64,000 nt of DNA. Source: a virus. Numbering within the stretch: position 1 is the first letter of the stretch; each line of letters begins with the position of its first letter. The stretch covers positions 6,791 to 70,790 of the IMG/VR virus record IMGVR_UViG_3300025000_000086; one strand, given 5' to 3'. Shown here one piece after another: positions 41,671 through 52,376 of this stretch. Below the pieces are notes generated by a model. The model was not told where the DNA came from. It saw nothing but the letters and a program-made list of their open reading frames with translations, and did no database searches. The position numbers and the translations under genes are program-made.

Positions 41671-42177
41671 TTATATTTCTTGTATTTGAATCCAAGTTGT
41701 ACTACTATTAACTGGTGCAACATTAGCAGTAAATACAATTTTCCCCTTATTAAATTTAGGAAAACATTGAAAAGCACCATAAACAATTTTACTATTATCA
41801 GGACATATAAATGATATTTCTGTACCTGTGCCATCATACCATTTAAACCAATCTCCTGATGCAACTTCATTTTCAAATGTAACAGTTAATGCTTGATTTT
41901 GATTATTATTTATAGCAATCAATATTGCTTTATTTGATACAGGAATTTCTATACTATCAGTTAATTTAATTCCATTCCAAGCAATTGTTGTTCTTTGTAA
42001 AAATGTTTTATTTTCACTACTTAAAGTTGTATCAACTGGCAATCTATTTAATTCATTAACTCCTGTAATGCCATCTTCTTGATACATTTTACACGGTATT
42101 ACAAAGTCATTACCATTATTAACTACTTCAACTGTTCCTGTTATTAAATTAAAATCTTGTGGAAATGTAAAAGGCAT
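41671..42177 (-). CDS. tail-region hypothetical protein
   Basis: AAGGAG RBS. Confidence 0.65.
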   Translation of the reverse strand: MPFTFPQDFNLITGTVEVVNNGNDFVIPCKMYQEDGITGVNELNRLPVDTTLSSENKTFLQRTTIAWNGIKLTDSIEIPVSNKAILIAINNNQNQALTVTFENEVASGDWFKWYDGTGTEISFICPDNSKIVYGAFQCFPKFNKGKIVFTANVAPVNSSTTWIQIQEI

Positions 42178-42201
42178 TTAATTATCATCTACTCCTTTCA
42201 T

Positions 42202-42486
42202 TTATGTAATTATTAATGTTTTTGCACAAGTATGAATATTATAATTATATTGTATTTTAAATTTAGAAGCATCAGAATCATTCTCATTAACTAATTTAAT
42301 ACATCTAATATTCTCTTTATGTATAATTCTTAATGGACTTCCTACTGCTTCATTTGTAATAGGTATTTGTAATATTTCATTATTGTTATATATATTCAAT
42401 TCTCCTAATTGTGTATAATTAGATTGTGTGTCTATATTTCTTCCTGGCATACACCCACCTATGAATACGTTTGGCAAAATATTCAC
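42202..42486 (-). CDS. tail-region hypothetical protein
   Basis: ORF within the operon. Confidence 0.55.
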   Translation of the reverse strand: MNILPNVFIGGCMPGRNIDTQSNYTQLGELNIYNNNEILQIPITNEAVGSPLRIIHKENIRCIKLVNENDSDASKFKIQYNYNIHTCAKTLIIT

Positions 42487-42494
42487 CTTCTTTT

Positions 42495-43109
42495 TTAATT
42501 AATTAACCACATTCTACCATTAAATAAATCATCTGTAGGGTTATTACTTCTTACTTCAATACTAGTTATATTTGAAGCATCTTCTATGTAATCCCATATA
42601 TCACCATTATATCTGTATATTTTATTAGTAGATTTTACTTGTACTCTCCAACCAATTTCAGGAGTTGAATATATAGTATCAAGATCAGAAAAATTTGTTA
42701 CAGGTGGTTTATATATTATTTTAGTATTGTCTACAACATCTTGAAGAGTTTCTGTTATATCTCCATTAGAATCAATTTGAGTGAATACTCTTGATGAATT
42801 TAAATACATACTACCTGTTCCCATATAAGAATATAATTGAGTTAATCCATTATTTAAAGAATTATGATAAACTATACCTTGATTATAATCAACATAAAAT
42901 TGATTTTCACTAGGATTATTAGAAGTAGTTTCAATCCAAGTTATATCATTTCCTACAATTTGTACTTTATTAGCGTATTCAGGAATTTCAGAAAGAATTA
43001 CTTTAGAATTTACAATTTGCTGATTCTCATTTATTTGTAAAAAAGGGTCTGTAGAATCTCCTTTTCTTCTTCTTGAAATAATCGAAGTTTGAAAATCAAA
43101 AACAGACAT
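42495..43109 (-). CDS. SPbeta-like baseplate/tail protein
   Basis: RRKGDSTDPF, LSEIP, FYVDYNQG, Y.GTG pattern. Confidence 0.65.
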   Translation of the reverse strand: MSVFDFQTSIISRRRKGDSTDPFLQINENQQIVNSKVILSEIPEYANKVQIVGNDITWIETTSNNPSENQFYVDYNQGIVYHNSLNNGLTQLYSYMGTGSMYLNSSRVFTQIDSNGDITETLQDVVDNTKIIYKPPVTNFSDLDTIYSTPEIGWRVQVKSTNKIYRYNGDIWDYIEDASNITSIEVRSNNPTDDLFNGRMWLIN

Positions 43110-43126
43110 ACAATCACACTCCTCCA

Positions 43127-44320
43127 TTAAATTATATTATTTAAACAACTTACTAAATCATTTAAATCACTTGCTCTTAAATCATCTGCGTCTTCATCAT
43201 CTATAACATCACTAATTCCTAATTTTGTTGTTGGCAAATTTGTTCCATTCATTGGGAGAATGGCATTTCTTGATTCATTGAACATACTTGCATAAAATAT
43301 ATTACCACTATAAGCAATTGTAAAATTAATAGTAGATAAATTTTTGTACTGTCTAAATAGATTTATTTTACTATTTAAATTATTCCATTCATAATAAATT
43401 AAATTTGTTGCTGGATCACCTTGTATTTTTGGCGTATCCCAAGAAAAATTACTTGGCCTTGCATCAGTTGTTACATATAAATCATTTGACCAATAATAAC
43501 TATTTAACCAACTATCTTCAGGAAATACATGATAACTTGATAAAGCATTAAATTTATATTCTGTATCTGGAGATAAATTTGTAAATGTTACTATTCTATC
43601 ACCAGAATTATAACCATCATAATATATTCTTTGTATTTGTGATAATACACCATTTAAATATAAATATACTTCTATTTGTGTCCAATTTCCTATCATTCCA
43701 TCTGCTAGTCTAATATCAATAGTATATGTTGAAACAGCAGACATAGTAATATTACCTGGAGATTTAGGAGTGGTTACATAATCACCTTCATCTCCATATG
43801 AGGAAACACCTTGAGAATTTTCTGCTCTTACATCAAAATAATATCTATATCCATATAATGTATTATTTAAAGTATAATATGTATTATAAATTGGAGTTGC
43901 ATATTGCCATCCACTATTGCCTATATATGCTAAAGTATAAAAATCAGCATAATCAGAAGGATTCCAATTAATTCTAAATGTACCTTCTCCTTGATTAGTT
44001 ACCCAAGGTGTTCCTGAAGGTGTTTCTGGCGCAGGAGTATCTGTTATTTCTGAAATATAATATCCATCTCCACCAATAACATACCACGCACCTTGATAGT
44101 ATGCTTTACAACAAAAACTATACCATGTATCAGGTGATAATCCATCATATGTAAACACATTACCACCTACACCTGTTTGACCACGCCAAGCATAAGGGTC
44201 TTCTGGATCAGTTCCTACATACCAAGCAAAATCATCATACTCAGATAATGGATATTGTAAACCATCTGCATAAACTGTAATTGATGTTGATGTTATATTA
44301 CTTGTTGATAACCATGACAT
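43127..44320 (-). CDS. fibronectin type III repeat virion protein
   Basis: GLSPDTWY, YYFDVRAEN, NLSPDTEYKF motifs. Confidence 0.75.
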   Translation of the reverse strand: MSWLSTSNITSTSITVYADGLQYPLSEYDDFAWYVGTDPEDPYAWRGQTGVGGNVFTYDGLSPDTWYSFCCKAYYQGAWYVIGGDGYYISEITDTPAPETPSGTPWVTNQGEGTFRINWNPSDYADFYTLAYIGNSGWQYATPIYNTYYTLNNTLYGYRYYFDVRAENSQGVSSYGDEGDYVTTPKSPGNITMSAVSTYTIDIRLADGMIGNWTQIEVYLYLNGVLSQIQRIYYDGYNSGDRIVTFTNLSPDTEYKFNALSSYHVFPEDSWLNSYYWSNDLYVTTDARPSNFSWDTPKIQGDPATNLIYYEWNNLNSKINLFRQYKNLSTINFTIAYSGNIFYASMFNESRNAILPMNGTNLPTTKLGISDVIDDEDADDLRASDLNDLVSCLNNII

Positions 44321-44440
44321 TTATATTATTCACCTACTTTAAAAATACAAATAAAATATAATAGATTTAATATTTGTTATATATTAAATCTATTATATAA
44401 ATATTATGTTATTTATAGTTAATTATAGTATTATAATTAC

Positions 44441-44656
44441 TTATTTAACATTTTCTAATTGTATTAACATATCTTTATATTTAATAATATCAGTATCAAT
44501 CCTATTAATTTCTAATTGAAGATTATTTTTTCTTGCTCCCAAGTCAATTAATTGTTTATAGATAAATTCAGGTGTTATTGTTTGTTCTTGAACAACTGTT
44601 TGCCTTACTTTCATTACACCATTATCATTAATTATTTCCATAGTATTGTCTGCCAT
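44441..44656 (-). CDS. small coiled-coil tail-region protein
   Basis: AAGGAGG RBS. Confidence 0.65.
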   Translation of the reverse strand: MADNTMEIINDNGVMKVRQTVVQEQTITPEFIYKQLIDLGARKNNLQLEINRIDTDIIKYKDMLIQLENVK

Positions 44657-44834
44657 TAGGGAATTCCTCCTTTAAATTTAAATTTTATTTGTAGTTTAAT
44701 TTGTAATTTAATAATAAATCATAATAAATTTATAATAATTATATTTATCGACATTAAAACACATATACCAACATTCTTTGTCAAAGGAAATGACTCCTGA
44801 CTATAGAATTAACATAGAGAAAGGAGGTGGTATA

Positions 44835-45044
44835 ATGAGTATAGGTGGATTTAGAATGCCACAAATACCATCAATTGAAACTGATAGTGATTGTGAACAT
44901 ATTCCAATTTGTGAAAAACTAGATATAATTACAAAAGATTGTTTTAGAGGAGTGCATCCTATGAGAAGATGCAATCAAGGTCAATATGCTCAAATTAAAA
45001 TTCTTTCAATGATTCTAAATCGACTCCCATCCCAACAAGAATAA
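44835..45044 (+). CDS. small Cys-containing accessory protein (start MSIGG)
   Basis: GAAAGGAGG RBS. Confidence 0.55.
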   Translation: MSIGGFRMPQIPSIETDSDCEHIPICEKLDIITKDCFRGVHPMRRCNQGQYAQIKILSMILNRLPSQQE

Positions 45045-45153
45045 ATTTTTGTAATTCTTTTATTTTTAAAATTTCTATAAACATACTTTCCAACTGTTCT
45101 TTAAGAGCAGTTTCTTTTTGTTCATTTGTTTGGACAGTTTTTTCTTTATTCAT
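44995..45153 (-). CDS. small hypothetical protein (52 aa)
   Basis: AAGGAG RBS; MNKEKTVQ...LKEF. Confidence 0.5.
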   Translation of the reverse strand: MNKEKTVQTNEQKETALKEQLESMFIEILKIKELQKFILVGMGVDLESLKEF

Positions 45154-45248
45154 AATAAAAACACTCCTTTTTATTTTATTTTATTATATTTGATTAAAAT
45201 AAAAAGACCTCTTAATGAGGTCTTAATTGTTAACACATTTTAATTAAA

Positions 45249-45944
45249 TTAATTAACTTTATTCTCAAGTAGATTAACATTCTTTTTATTCCAACGCTTT
45301 AGAATATACTGAATACCCTTTGGTGTCACAAGTGTAACCGGAATATCCACAATTTCACCTTTTATATACATAGATTTTATAATCACTAAAAAGTATCCAG
45401 CGTCGATAAATTGTTGTCTAGGTATATTATGTCTTTCCTTTTTCGACATTAATATATCTTCACTTCTGAGAAAGGCGAACATTTTATTCCTGCCTTTGAG
45501 TTTTAATACTTTAGCAACTTGGAGCATTGTGAAGTTGCTCCTTGTGTTAATTACTTGGTTATAGAATTCTATTTTAGGTTGTTGTTCCTCTAGTTTTTGT
45601 TGGAGCAGTATTAATTCTCCTTTCCTTAAACCTTCTAAAAGATTCCAAACCCAATCCATAAAAGCATTTGCATTTGACTGTCTACTCCAACGACATATTT
45701 CATAAATACCTCTTGCTTCGTATAAATATGTGTTTCTTCCGTTTACCAAAGTGGTAAATGAATATTTATCAAGTCGCTCTTTATGCCTATCATGAATTTT
45801 CCCAATTGCAGTCATCGGATCTGAGTATTCCAAAGCAATCCCCATTTGTTCTCTTGTCATAAAAATATCATTATTAATATTTCTATATAAATCACATACA
45901 GTACCCTGAAAATTTTCACTCTTATATAATACTAAATCATTCAT
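45249..45944 (-). CDS. phage antirepressor (Bro-N plus KilA-C/ANT)
   Basis: FMTREQMGIALEY..P...I, F.DWVW, AK.L..GRNK.F..LR, TLVTPKG. Confidence 0.88.
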   Translation of the reverse strand: MNDLVLYKSENFQGTVCDLYRNINNDIFMTREQMGIALEYSDPMTAIGKIHDRHKERLDKYSFTTLVNGRNTYLYEARGIYEICRWSRQSNANAFMDWVWNLLEGLRKGELILLQQKLEEQQPKIEFYNQVINTRSNFTMLQVAKVLKLKGRNKMFAFLRSEDILMSKKERHNIPRQQFIDAGYFLVIIKSMYIKGEIVDIPVTLVTPKGIQYILKRWNKKNVNLLENKVN

Positions 45945-46431
45945 CTTGCTCACCAACTTCTCCAACGAAGCTAAAAATACAACTGTCACAAAAATCTAAA
46001 GAATTAACAATTTCACCACTATTTTCTCCATCATCATAATGACTTCCGTAATTAATACTGCCACTGTGGACTCTCCATATTGTTTCTTCTGGCACTAATA
46101 TTTCTTTGCCACATTTATAACATCTAGGATATATAAATTTTCTTTCTAATGTACAGACACCAACTATGTAGTCATTAGTTTTAATAGAAACCACATCAAA
46201 ATAAAAATCATTATTCAAATTAGATATTGAATTAATTTTACTTAACTCAATAGAAGTTACTACACAATCATCCTCTGATTGATCATGAAATTGGATATAT
46301 TCATCTGTTAATTGGTAGGAGAATGAGTTATAAACGTAAGTTGCTGATAGTGTATTATTTAGTAAAGAGTGGAAACTTATTTCACATTTTCTGTCTACGA
46401 ATTGGTTTAGTAGATTATAGTTATTCTTCAT
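45937..46431 (-). CDS. hypothetical protein with Zn finger
   Basis: GGAGG RBS; CYKC...YGS.YD...FCDSC. Confidence 0.65.
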   Translation of the reverse strand: MKNNYNLLNQFVDRKCEISFHSLLNNTLSATYVYNSFSYQLTDEYIQFHDQSEDDCVVTSIELSKINSISNLNNDFYFDVVSIKTNDYIVGVCTLERKFIYPRCYKCGKEILVPEETIWRVHSGSINYGSHYDDGENSGEIVNSLDFCDSCIFSFVGEVGEQDE

Positions 46432-46560
46432 AATAAAAACTCCTCCATTTAATTTAATTATAAGGTGCGTAAATCAAAATCAACCTTACAATCATATTGT
46501 AATAGAAGAGTTTCATTTTGTCAATAATAACTTTACAAAATTAATAATAAAAATTTCTAT

Positions 46561-46785
46561 TTAGTCTTTGATAATTTTACATTCATATAAATCTGTTATT
46601 TTACAATCTAAAGCGTAAGCTATTTTTTCTAATGATTGTATAGTAGGGTTATCTGATTTTTCAAGTGAATTGAGATTTTGTCTACTAACACCTGCTTTAT
46701 TAGCAATAAAAGTTCTGCTTGTTCCATACTTTGCTTGATACTCATTTATTCTTTCTTCTATTTTATTGGTTATTTTAATCTTCAT
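46561..46785 (-). CDS. XRE-family HTH regulator
   Basis: IANKAGVSRQNLNSLE...PTIQSLEKIAYALDC.I.DL. Confidence 0.88.
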   Translation of the reverse strand: MKIKITNKIEERINEYQAKYGTSRTFIANKAGVSRQNLNSLEKSDNPTIQSLEKIAYALDCKITDLYECKIIKD

Positions 46786-47031
46786 ATAAACCACACCATC
46801 CTTCACCTATATTATACTACAACTACGTATGTATCGGTAGGTGAATGTTTGTTAATACTATAATACAATATGGAAGGGAATATGTCAAGTAAATTGTCAA
46901 TATAATTATTTTTTTATTTTGTTAATATAGATAGCAATTTACCATTTATTTTTTGCAATATACACATTTGCATTACCATATAATTTATGGTATAATAATA
47001 CAAAACTAAATTTAAAAAGGAGAGTAATATT

Positions 47032-47610
47032 ATGTTTAAAATTAACAATAAGAATATTCAGAAAATTAAATATTTTAGTTTAGGATTAATTACAAGTAGT
47101 TTATTATTTTCTTCAGTTACTTTTGCTGATAACTCTGCTATAAAAATTTATTTAAATGGCAAACTACTTGAAAATGCAGAAGTTATCAATGTTAATAATT
47201 CTACTTATTTGCCTGTGAGAAAATTATGTGAAGCATTAAAAATGAAAGTTAATTTTGATAGTGCAAATAATAGTGTGATTATTGATAGTAGTGATATAGA
47301 TGTTAATAACATACAAACTAAACAAATTCAAGAAAATCAAAAATCTCAACAACAAAATAGTATTAATAATACATCTAATGATATTAAAGAAACTACTTAT
47401 AATGGAATTAAATCAATTAATATTAATGGAAAAACATATTTTAATGGTAGAGAATATAATATTAAATTTCCTGGTATTCTAAATTGGGACAATAAAAAAC
47501 AAAAAGCGTATATTAAAACAGATAATGAACATATAGAAATAGAAAATTTGCCAGAAAATATTCAATTATTATATGGACAAAGTTATTTTAATATTAAATA
47601 TTATAGATAA
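47032..47610 (+). CDS. secreted protein with copper-amine-oxidase N-terminal (stalk) domain
   Basis: Signal peptide, IKIYLNG, TYLPVR..EAL..V.FD. Confidence 0.75.
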   Translation: MFKINNKNIQKIKYFSLGLITSSLLFSSVTFADNSAIKIYLNGKLLENAEVINVNNSTYLPVRKLCEALKMKVNFDSANNSVIIDSSDIDVNNIQTKQIQENQKSQQQNSINNTSNDIKETTYNGIKSININGKTYFNGREYNIKFPGILNWDNKKQKAYIKTDNEHIEIENLPENIQLLYGQSYFNIKYYR

Positions 47611-47612
47611 TA

Positions 47613-50558
47613 TTAACCAAGTTTAGCAACTAATGGTTGATCCAATCTATTAACTCCTGAATATACACCACCAAGAGCAGTTAAATAAATTGCATTTGCA
47701 TTAGGAGTATAAAACATACCATCACCTGTAGAACCCCATGTTACACCACTATTAAAATCAAGTGGATTTAAAATTAATTGATTCCCGACAGAACAATCTG
47801 TCCCAACATCAATAGTTGTATCAGTCGTAAGACTCCCAGCAGTTACAGTACCTAAATTTGCAGTAATTGCAGATAATGTATTTACACTAATTTTATCTGC
47901 ACTTACACTATTGTCAGATAAATAATAACCATTAATTTTAGTATTTAATTCACTTAAAATATCTATACCTTGTATTCTTAATGTATTACAATCAATATCA
48001 CCTGTAACTTCTGCATCTTCTGCATGAAGGAATCCACCAGGAGTTACTCTAAATTCAGCATTAAGGAATGTACTCGCACCTAAATATAAACCATTTTCAT
48101 CAATATGGGTTTCTCCAGCAGTACCAGAATTAATCTCGACATAACCTTTTGTTACCAAATTACCATCGTTATTTATATAGAATAAATCATCCCACACTGG
48201 GGCTTCAATCGTTCCAGTATTTTTTTGGATCTTTATGCCGTTTGAAATATTCATTATTATTCTACTCTTACTATCTGTTTTAGTTATTATTAATGACATA
48301 TCTTCAATATTTACACCATTTTGGTCTACAGAAAAATTGCCTGCTTCATTGGTTATTGTTAATATTGTAGATGCAACAATTTGGCCAATTAACTTATGTG
48401 CATATACCCCCGACCCATCAATTGCAATATCTAAAGAATTCCATCCGTTGGTTGTTAGTGCAATTATTCCATGCATAAGACGAATTGCCTTTTGAACATC
48501 ATCAGGATTCGTTATGGTTATTCCTCTACCATTTATTTCTACTGATTCATTTACTCCTGCTAATATTTCTCTTAAAGATGAATCCCATTTATTATTTAAT
48601 ATATCATTTACATCACTTTTAATATCATTAGCACTATTCCATCCAAATTTATTTTGCTCAACTGTAATCCCTGCATTTATACTTTGATTTAGCATCTGTA
48701 AATATTTGTCTTTATTTTGATTTATATCTTTTAAGTTACTAATTATTACAGAGATATTACTATTTTCAAAATCATATGTAATTTCATTAATTTTTGCTTT
48801 CACATTGACATTGAATTTATCGTATCGTATATTTACAATTTCTGACAATTGTAACTTATCCCTATCATATTGACAACCAATGTCAATGCAACCAAATAAA
48901 TCCACTATATCAATCTCGATTATTGTCGCAGGCTGATAGATTTTTGCAAATTCCAATTTCCCCCAATTTAACAATTCTTGGACATCCGAAATATACTCAT
49001 TTCTTACTTCTTTCTTAATTATAAATGACCTTTTTAATTCTAATATTTGTTCTGGTGTAAAATTATTACTCACAGATAAAAGATCAGTTAATATATTCAT
49101 CTGAATATTTATATTACTAATTTGATTCTCTAAACCATTATTAACTTTACTACCAATAGTACAAGTAACTCCTGTGCTATCTGTATCAGTAAATGTAATA
49201 TCAAAATTTGCTTGATCTTTGGTTGTAAAATAAATTATACTGACAGTATCATTAATAACACTACATTTAAAGATAGGAATTAGAGGGAATTTATTATCAT
49301 AATTATAATATATACTATTAATATAGTTATTTATTTTTGTAGCAACAGTATTTATTGTATCTCCTAAAACTACTGGAATATCTATTACCTTATCATCAAT
49401 AGTTAAATTAATATTACCATCAACAATACATGGATTAGTAATTGTAATATCCACTAATATCGAGTTAATATCTTTATATTTATTATCTAATTCTATTTGT
49501 TTATTATTTCTATCTGTGATAAGTGTAGATGTGTCTAAATTATTTGCTTGCCCAATATCAATAGCATCTAAAATTACATACATTTCTGTTTTTAAATCTG
49601 TTAAATCAGTATTTGCAGTATTTAATGTTTCTTGCAATGTTATTTTTTGTGTTAGTAAACTATTATATTCTCCTTCTTTTGAAGATAATAGATCATTGTA
49701 ATCTAATATAGAATTCGCTAAATCATCCGACATGTAATCGCTATGAATTAATACATTTTTATTTTCGTCCCTAGAGAATGGATATAAAAAATAAGTAAAA
49801 TTCTGCAAAAATGGCATCCCTGTAGTGTTAGAACTGGCAATAGATATATTATCTTTACCATAAATATACAATTGTGTACAAAATGAATCAGGATCTATTG
49901 TATTATTTATTGATTTTAAATATTTACCGTATGCGAAAGATAATCCCCTATCTAATCCGTATGTCTCAATATCATACAGACTAACAGTATAATTTATTGT
50001 ATCAAATACAACTAATGCCCCAAAGGTATTAGCTATATCATCACATATAGTATCTAAGGCAGTCTTTCCAGAAATATCAAATTGTCGAAACATAATGTCG
50101 AATTTTGTATCTATATGTCCAATTATCCATGTAGTGTCGCTTAAAATATCCGTCAACACAGTAGTAGCATTAATAGAATCAGTTGTTTTATATCCATTTA
50201 TAATTTCATTATTTAACAAATAAGCCAAAGAAAAACAAGTAATATTTTTTATTGCTGTGTTATCTTCAGTGTCGTTATCTTCTGGCAAATTTATAATAAA
50301 ATATTCAACATAATCATTTAAAACAAATTTAATTAAATACCTATGTTTGAGTAAATTATAATTCGGATTCACAATATATTCATGATTTATATCTTTATAA
50401 TAATTTAACGAAAATGAGAGTTCATTTATTGATGATAATTTTAAATTTAGTGTAATATTAAAAGCATCTGATAACTTGCCAATTATAGATAAATTTGGTT
50501 TACATACATATAAATCTGGTTTTTGTCCAATTTTTGAATAATCAATTTCAAATGACAA
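47613..50558 (-). CDS. tail spike/Tal-like (prophage tail endopeptidase-family) protein
   Basis: SPbeta-like N-terminus (SSINELSFS, YGKYLKSI, YIYGKD), coiled coils, C-terminal beta repeats. Confidence 0.8.
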   Translation of the reverse strand: MSFEIDYSKIGQKPDLYVCKPNLSIIGKLSDAFNITLNLKLSSINELSFSLNYYKDINHEYIVNPNYNLLKHRYLIKFVLNDYVEYFIINLPEDNDTEDNTAIKNITCFSLAYLLNNEIINGYKTTDSINATTVLTDILSDTTWIIGHIDTKFDIMFRQFDISGKTALDTICDDIANTFGALVVFDTINYTVSLYDIETYGLDRGLSFAYGKYLKSINNTIDPDSFCTQLYIYGKDNISIASSNTTGMPFLQNFTYFLYPFSRDENKNVLIHSDYMSDDLANSILDYNDLLSSKEGEYNSLLTQKITLQETLNTANTDLTDLKTEMYVILDAIDIGQANNLDTSTLITDRNNKQIELDNKYKDINSILVDITITNPCIVDGNINLTIDDKVIDIPVVLGDTINTVATKINNYINSIYYNYDNKFPLIPIFKCSVINDTVSIIYFTTKDQANFDITFTDTDSTGVTCTIGSKVNNGLENQISNINIQMNILTDLLSVSNNFTPEQILELKRSFIIKKEVRNEYISDVQELLNWGKLEFAKIYQPATIIEIDIVDLFGCIDIGCQYDRDKLQLSEIVNIRYDKFNVNVKAKINEITYDFENSNISVIISNLKDINQNKDKYLQMLNQSINAGITVEQNKFGWNSANDIKSDVNDILNNKWDSSLREILAGVNESVEINGRGITITNPDDVQKAIRLMHGIIALTTNGWNSLDIAIDGSGVYAHKLIGQIVASTILTITNEAGNFSVDQNGVNIEDMSLIITKTDSKSRIIMNISNGIKIQKNTGTIEAPVWDDLFYINNDGNLVTKGYVEINSGTAGETHIDENGLYLGASTFLNAEFRVTPGGFLHAEDAEVTGDIDCNTLRIQGIDILSELNTKINGYYLSDNSVSADKISVNTLSAITANLGTVTAGSLTTDTTIDVGTDCSVGNQLILNPLDFNSGVTWGSTGDGMFYTPNANAIYLTALGGVYSGVNRLDQPLVAKLG

Positions 50559-50616
50559 TAAATTTCACCTAACTTTCTTTATTATTATTTAAATATATAG
50601 AGATTTGTATTAATTG

Positions 50617-52212
50617 TTAGTTAAAAATGTATTTATTTAATATTTCTTCAATATTATCAAAATCCCAATACCATATTTCAAGTAAATTTATATTATTATT
50701 CCATGCATAAATACATTTTCTTTGATCGTGTTCTAATTGTTTTTTAAATTGTTCTTCTGATTCATGGAATCCTGGTATATATTTTTCATGCTGTTCACCT
50801 TGATATTCAATCAATAAATTTAATTTGGGTATGTAAAAATCATAAGATAATAAACCATTTCCCAAACCTACTAAACCATTAAATTTCATTTGAGGAATAA
50901 AATAATTCTTATTATATTTATCTTCATCAATTAAATTATCAAAATCTTCTTGTGATATTTTAATCCAATTTTTATTAATTAATATTCTATCTATTTCTTT
51001 TTCACCTTTACTTTTACAGCATTCAGGACAACCAAATCCACTATTTCTACTATAAATATATGCTTCCCATTCATGCTCACATTCTTTACATACCCACCAA
51101 GCGTATTTGCCACTGTTGGGACAAAACTCTTCAGGTCTTTTTTCATTCTTCTTATAATCCCATTCTTCACATAATTCAGGATTATTAACTAGTAAATTAT
51201 AGTCTTTTGAAGGTAATTGTCCTGCACAATAAGGGCAACCACAACCAGAATTTCTACTATTAATTGTCGCAGGCCACTCATGTCCTTTATCACATTGCCA
51301 CCAAATATCTTTACTACCACTTACAGTAACATCAAAAGGAGTCAAATCACCGTTCAACGTAGGATGCCACTGTTTTGCAAGTTCAGGGTTTTTAGTTGCA
51401 AGACAATTGGATAAGGCAATTTGTTTACCAACACAAACTCCACAACCTTGATTATTTGTTATTATTTGATCTATACTTGCTCTAAATTCTTCTCCACAAT
51501 TTTCTTTTAAACATTTCCATTTTAATTTCTTTTTACTTCCTTCATATGTATCACTTAATAATTCAAACGGTTTATTATTTAATTTACACCATAGTTTTAT
51601 ATTTTGTATTGTATAAGGATTAGATTTATTGAATTTATCTGGTGTAGTTTTTTGTTGTAAATCATTCCATGTTATAAAATAATAATAATCTTCATTATCT
51701 TTTAATATAAGTTTTGAAGCAGAATTAACATATTCATCACTTATTAATTCATAATTTAAATTACGTATAAATTTTTTAACTTGTTCATATGTAAGTTTTG
51801 AATTTTCTATACGTTTAATATTTTGACAAATAGGACACTTTGTACCACTTAAAAAACTATGTGGTGTAACAGGCCATTCATGATCGCATTTATTATGTTT
51901 TATCAATATATTTGTTTTATTATTTATATATTCACCAATAACTTCATATTCATCACCAACTAATTGATAAACTTCTTCTTTAAATTGTTTTGTATCTTTT
52001 TTATTATTGCCAGAACACTTAGTACATCTAATATTTTTATTTAAAAAACTATCAGGATAAATACTCCATTCATAATTACTACAACTTTCATTATTATGCC
52101 TAATCTTAACTTTTATTCTAGCATTAATATATTCGTCTAATATAGTATATTCATCCCCAACTAAATTATATACTGCTTGTAAAAATTCATCGTTAGTTCT
52201 TTTTCTTGGCAT
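50617..52212 (-). CDS. free-standing putative homing endonuclease, close paralog of 25712-26911
   Basis: Same Zn-ribbon repeats and SKGE...LSYD...LIEYQGEQH nuclease; additional N-terminal repeats. Confidence 0.8.
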   Translation of the reverse strand: MPRKRTNDEFLQAVYNLVGDEYTILDEYINARIKVKIRHNNESCSNYEWSIYPDSFLNKNIRCTKCSGNNKKDTKQFKEEVYQLVGDEYEVIGEYINNKTNILIKHNKCDHEWPVTPHSFLSGTKCPICQNIKRIENSKLTYEQVKKFIRNLNYELISDEYVNSASKLILKDNEDYYYFITWNDLQQKTTPDKFNKSNPYTIQNIKLWCKLNNKPFELLSDTYEGSKKKLKWKCLKENCGEEFRASIDQIITNNQGCGVCVGKQIALSNCLATKNPELAKQWHPTLNGDLTPFDVTVSGSKDIWWQCDKGHEWPATINSRNSGCGCPYCAGQLPSKDYNLLVNNPELCEEWDYKKNEKRPEEFCPNSGKYAWWVCKECEHEWEAYIYSRNSGFGCPECCKSKGEKEIDRILINKNWIKISQEDFDNLIDEDKYNKNYFIPQMKFNGLVGLGNGLLSYDFYIPKLNLLIEYQGEQHEKYIPGFHESEEQFKKQLEHDQRKCIYAWNNNINLLEIWYWDFDNIEEILNKYIFN

Positions 52213-52376
52213 ATTAAATTAAATCCTCCTTATTTATAAATATTATAATATTATTCCTCACTCAAAAATAAAAATAGAGATGGGTAGAGAGGAGGTTCTA
52301 CCCATTTTTCAGTAGGTTAATTACTCCTACCTATCCCTATAAAATTATATTCATAATTAATCAATCAATCAAACAA

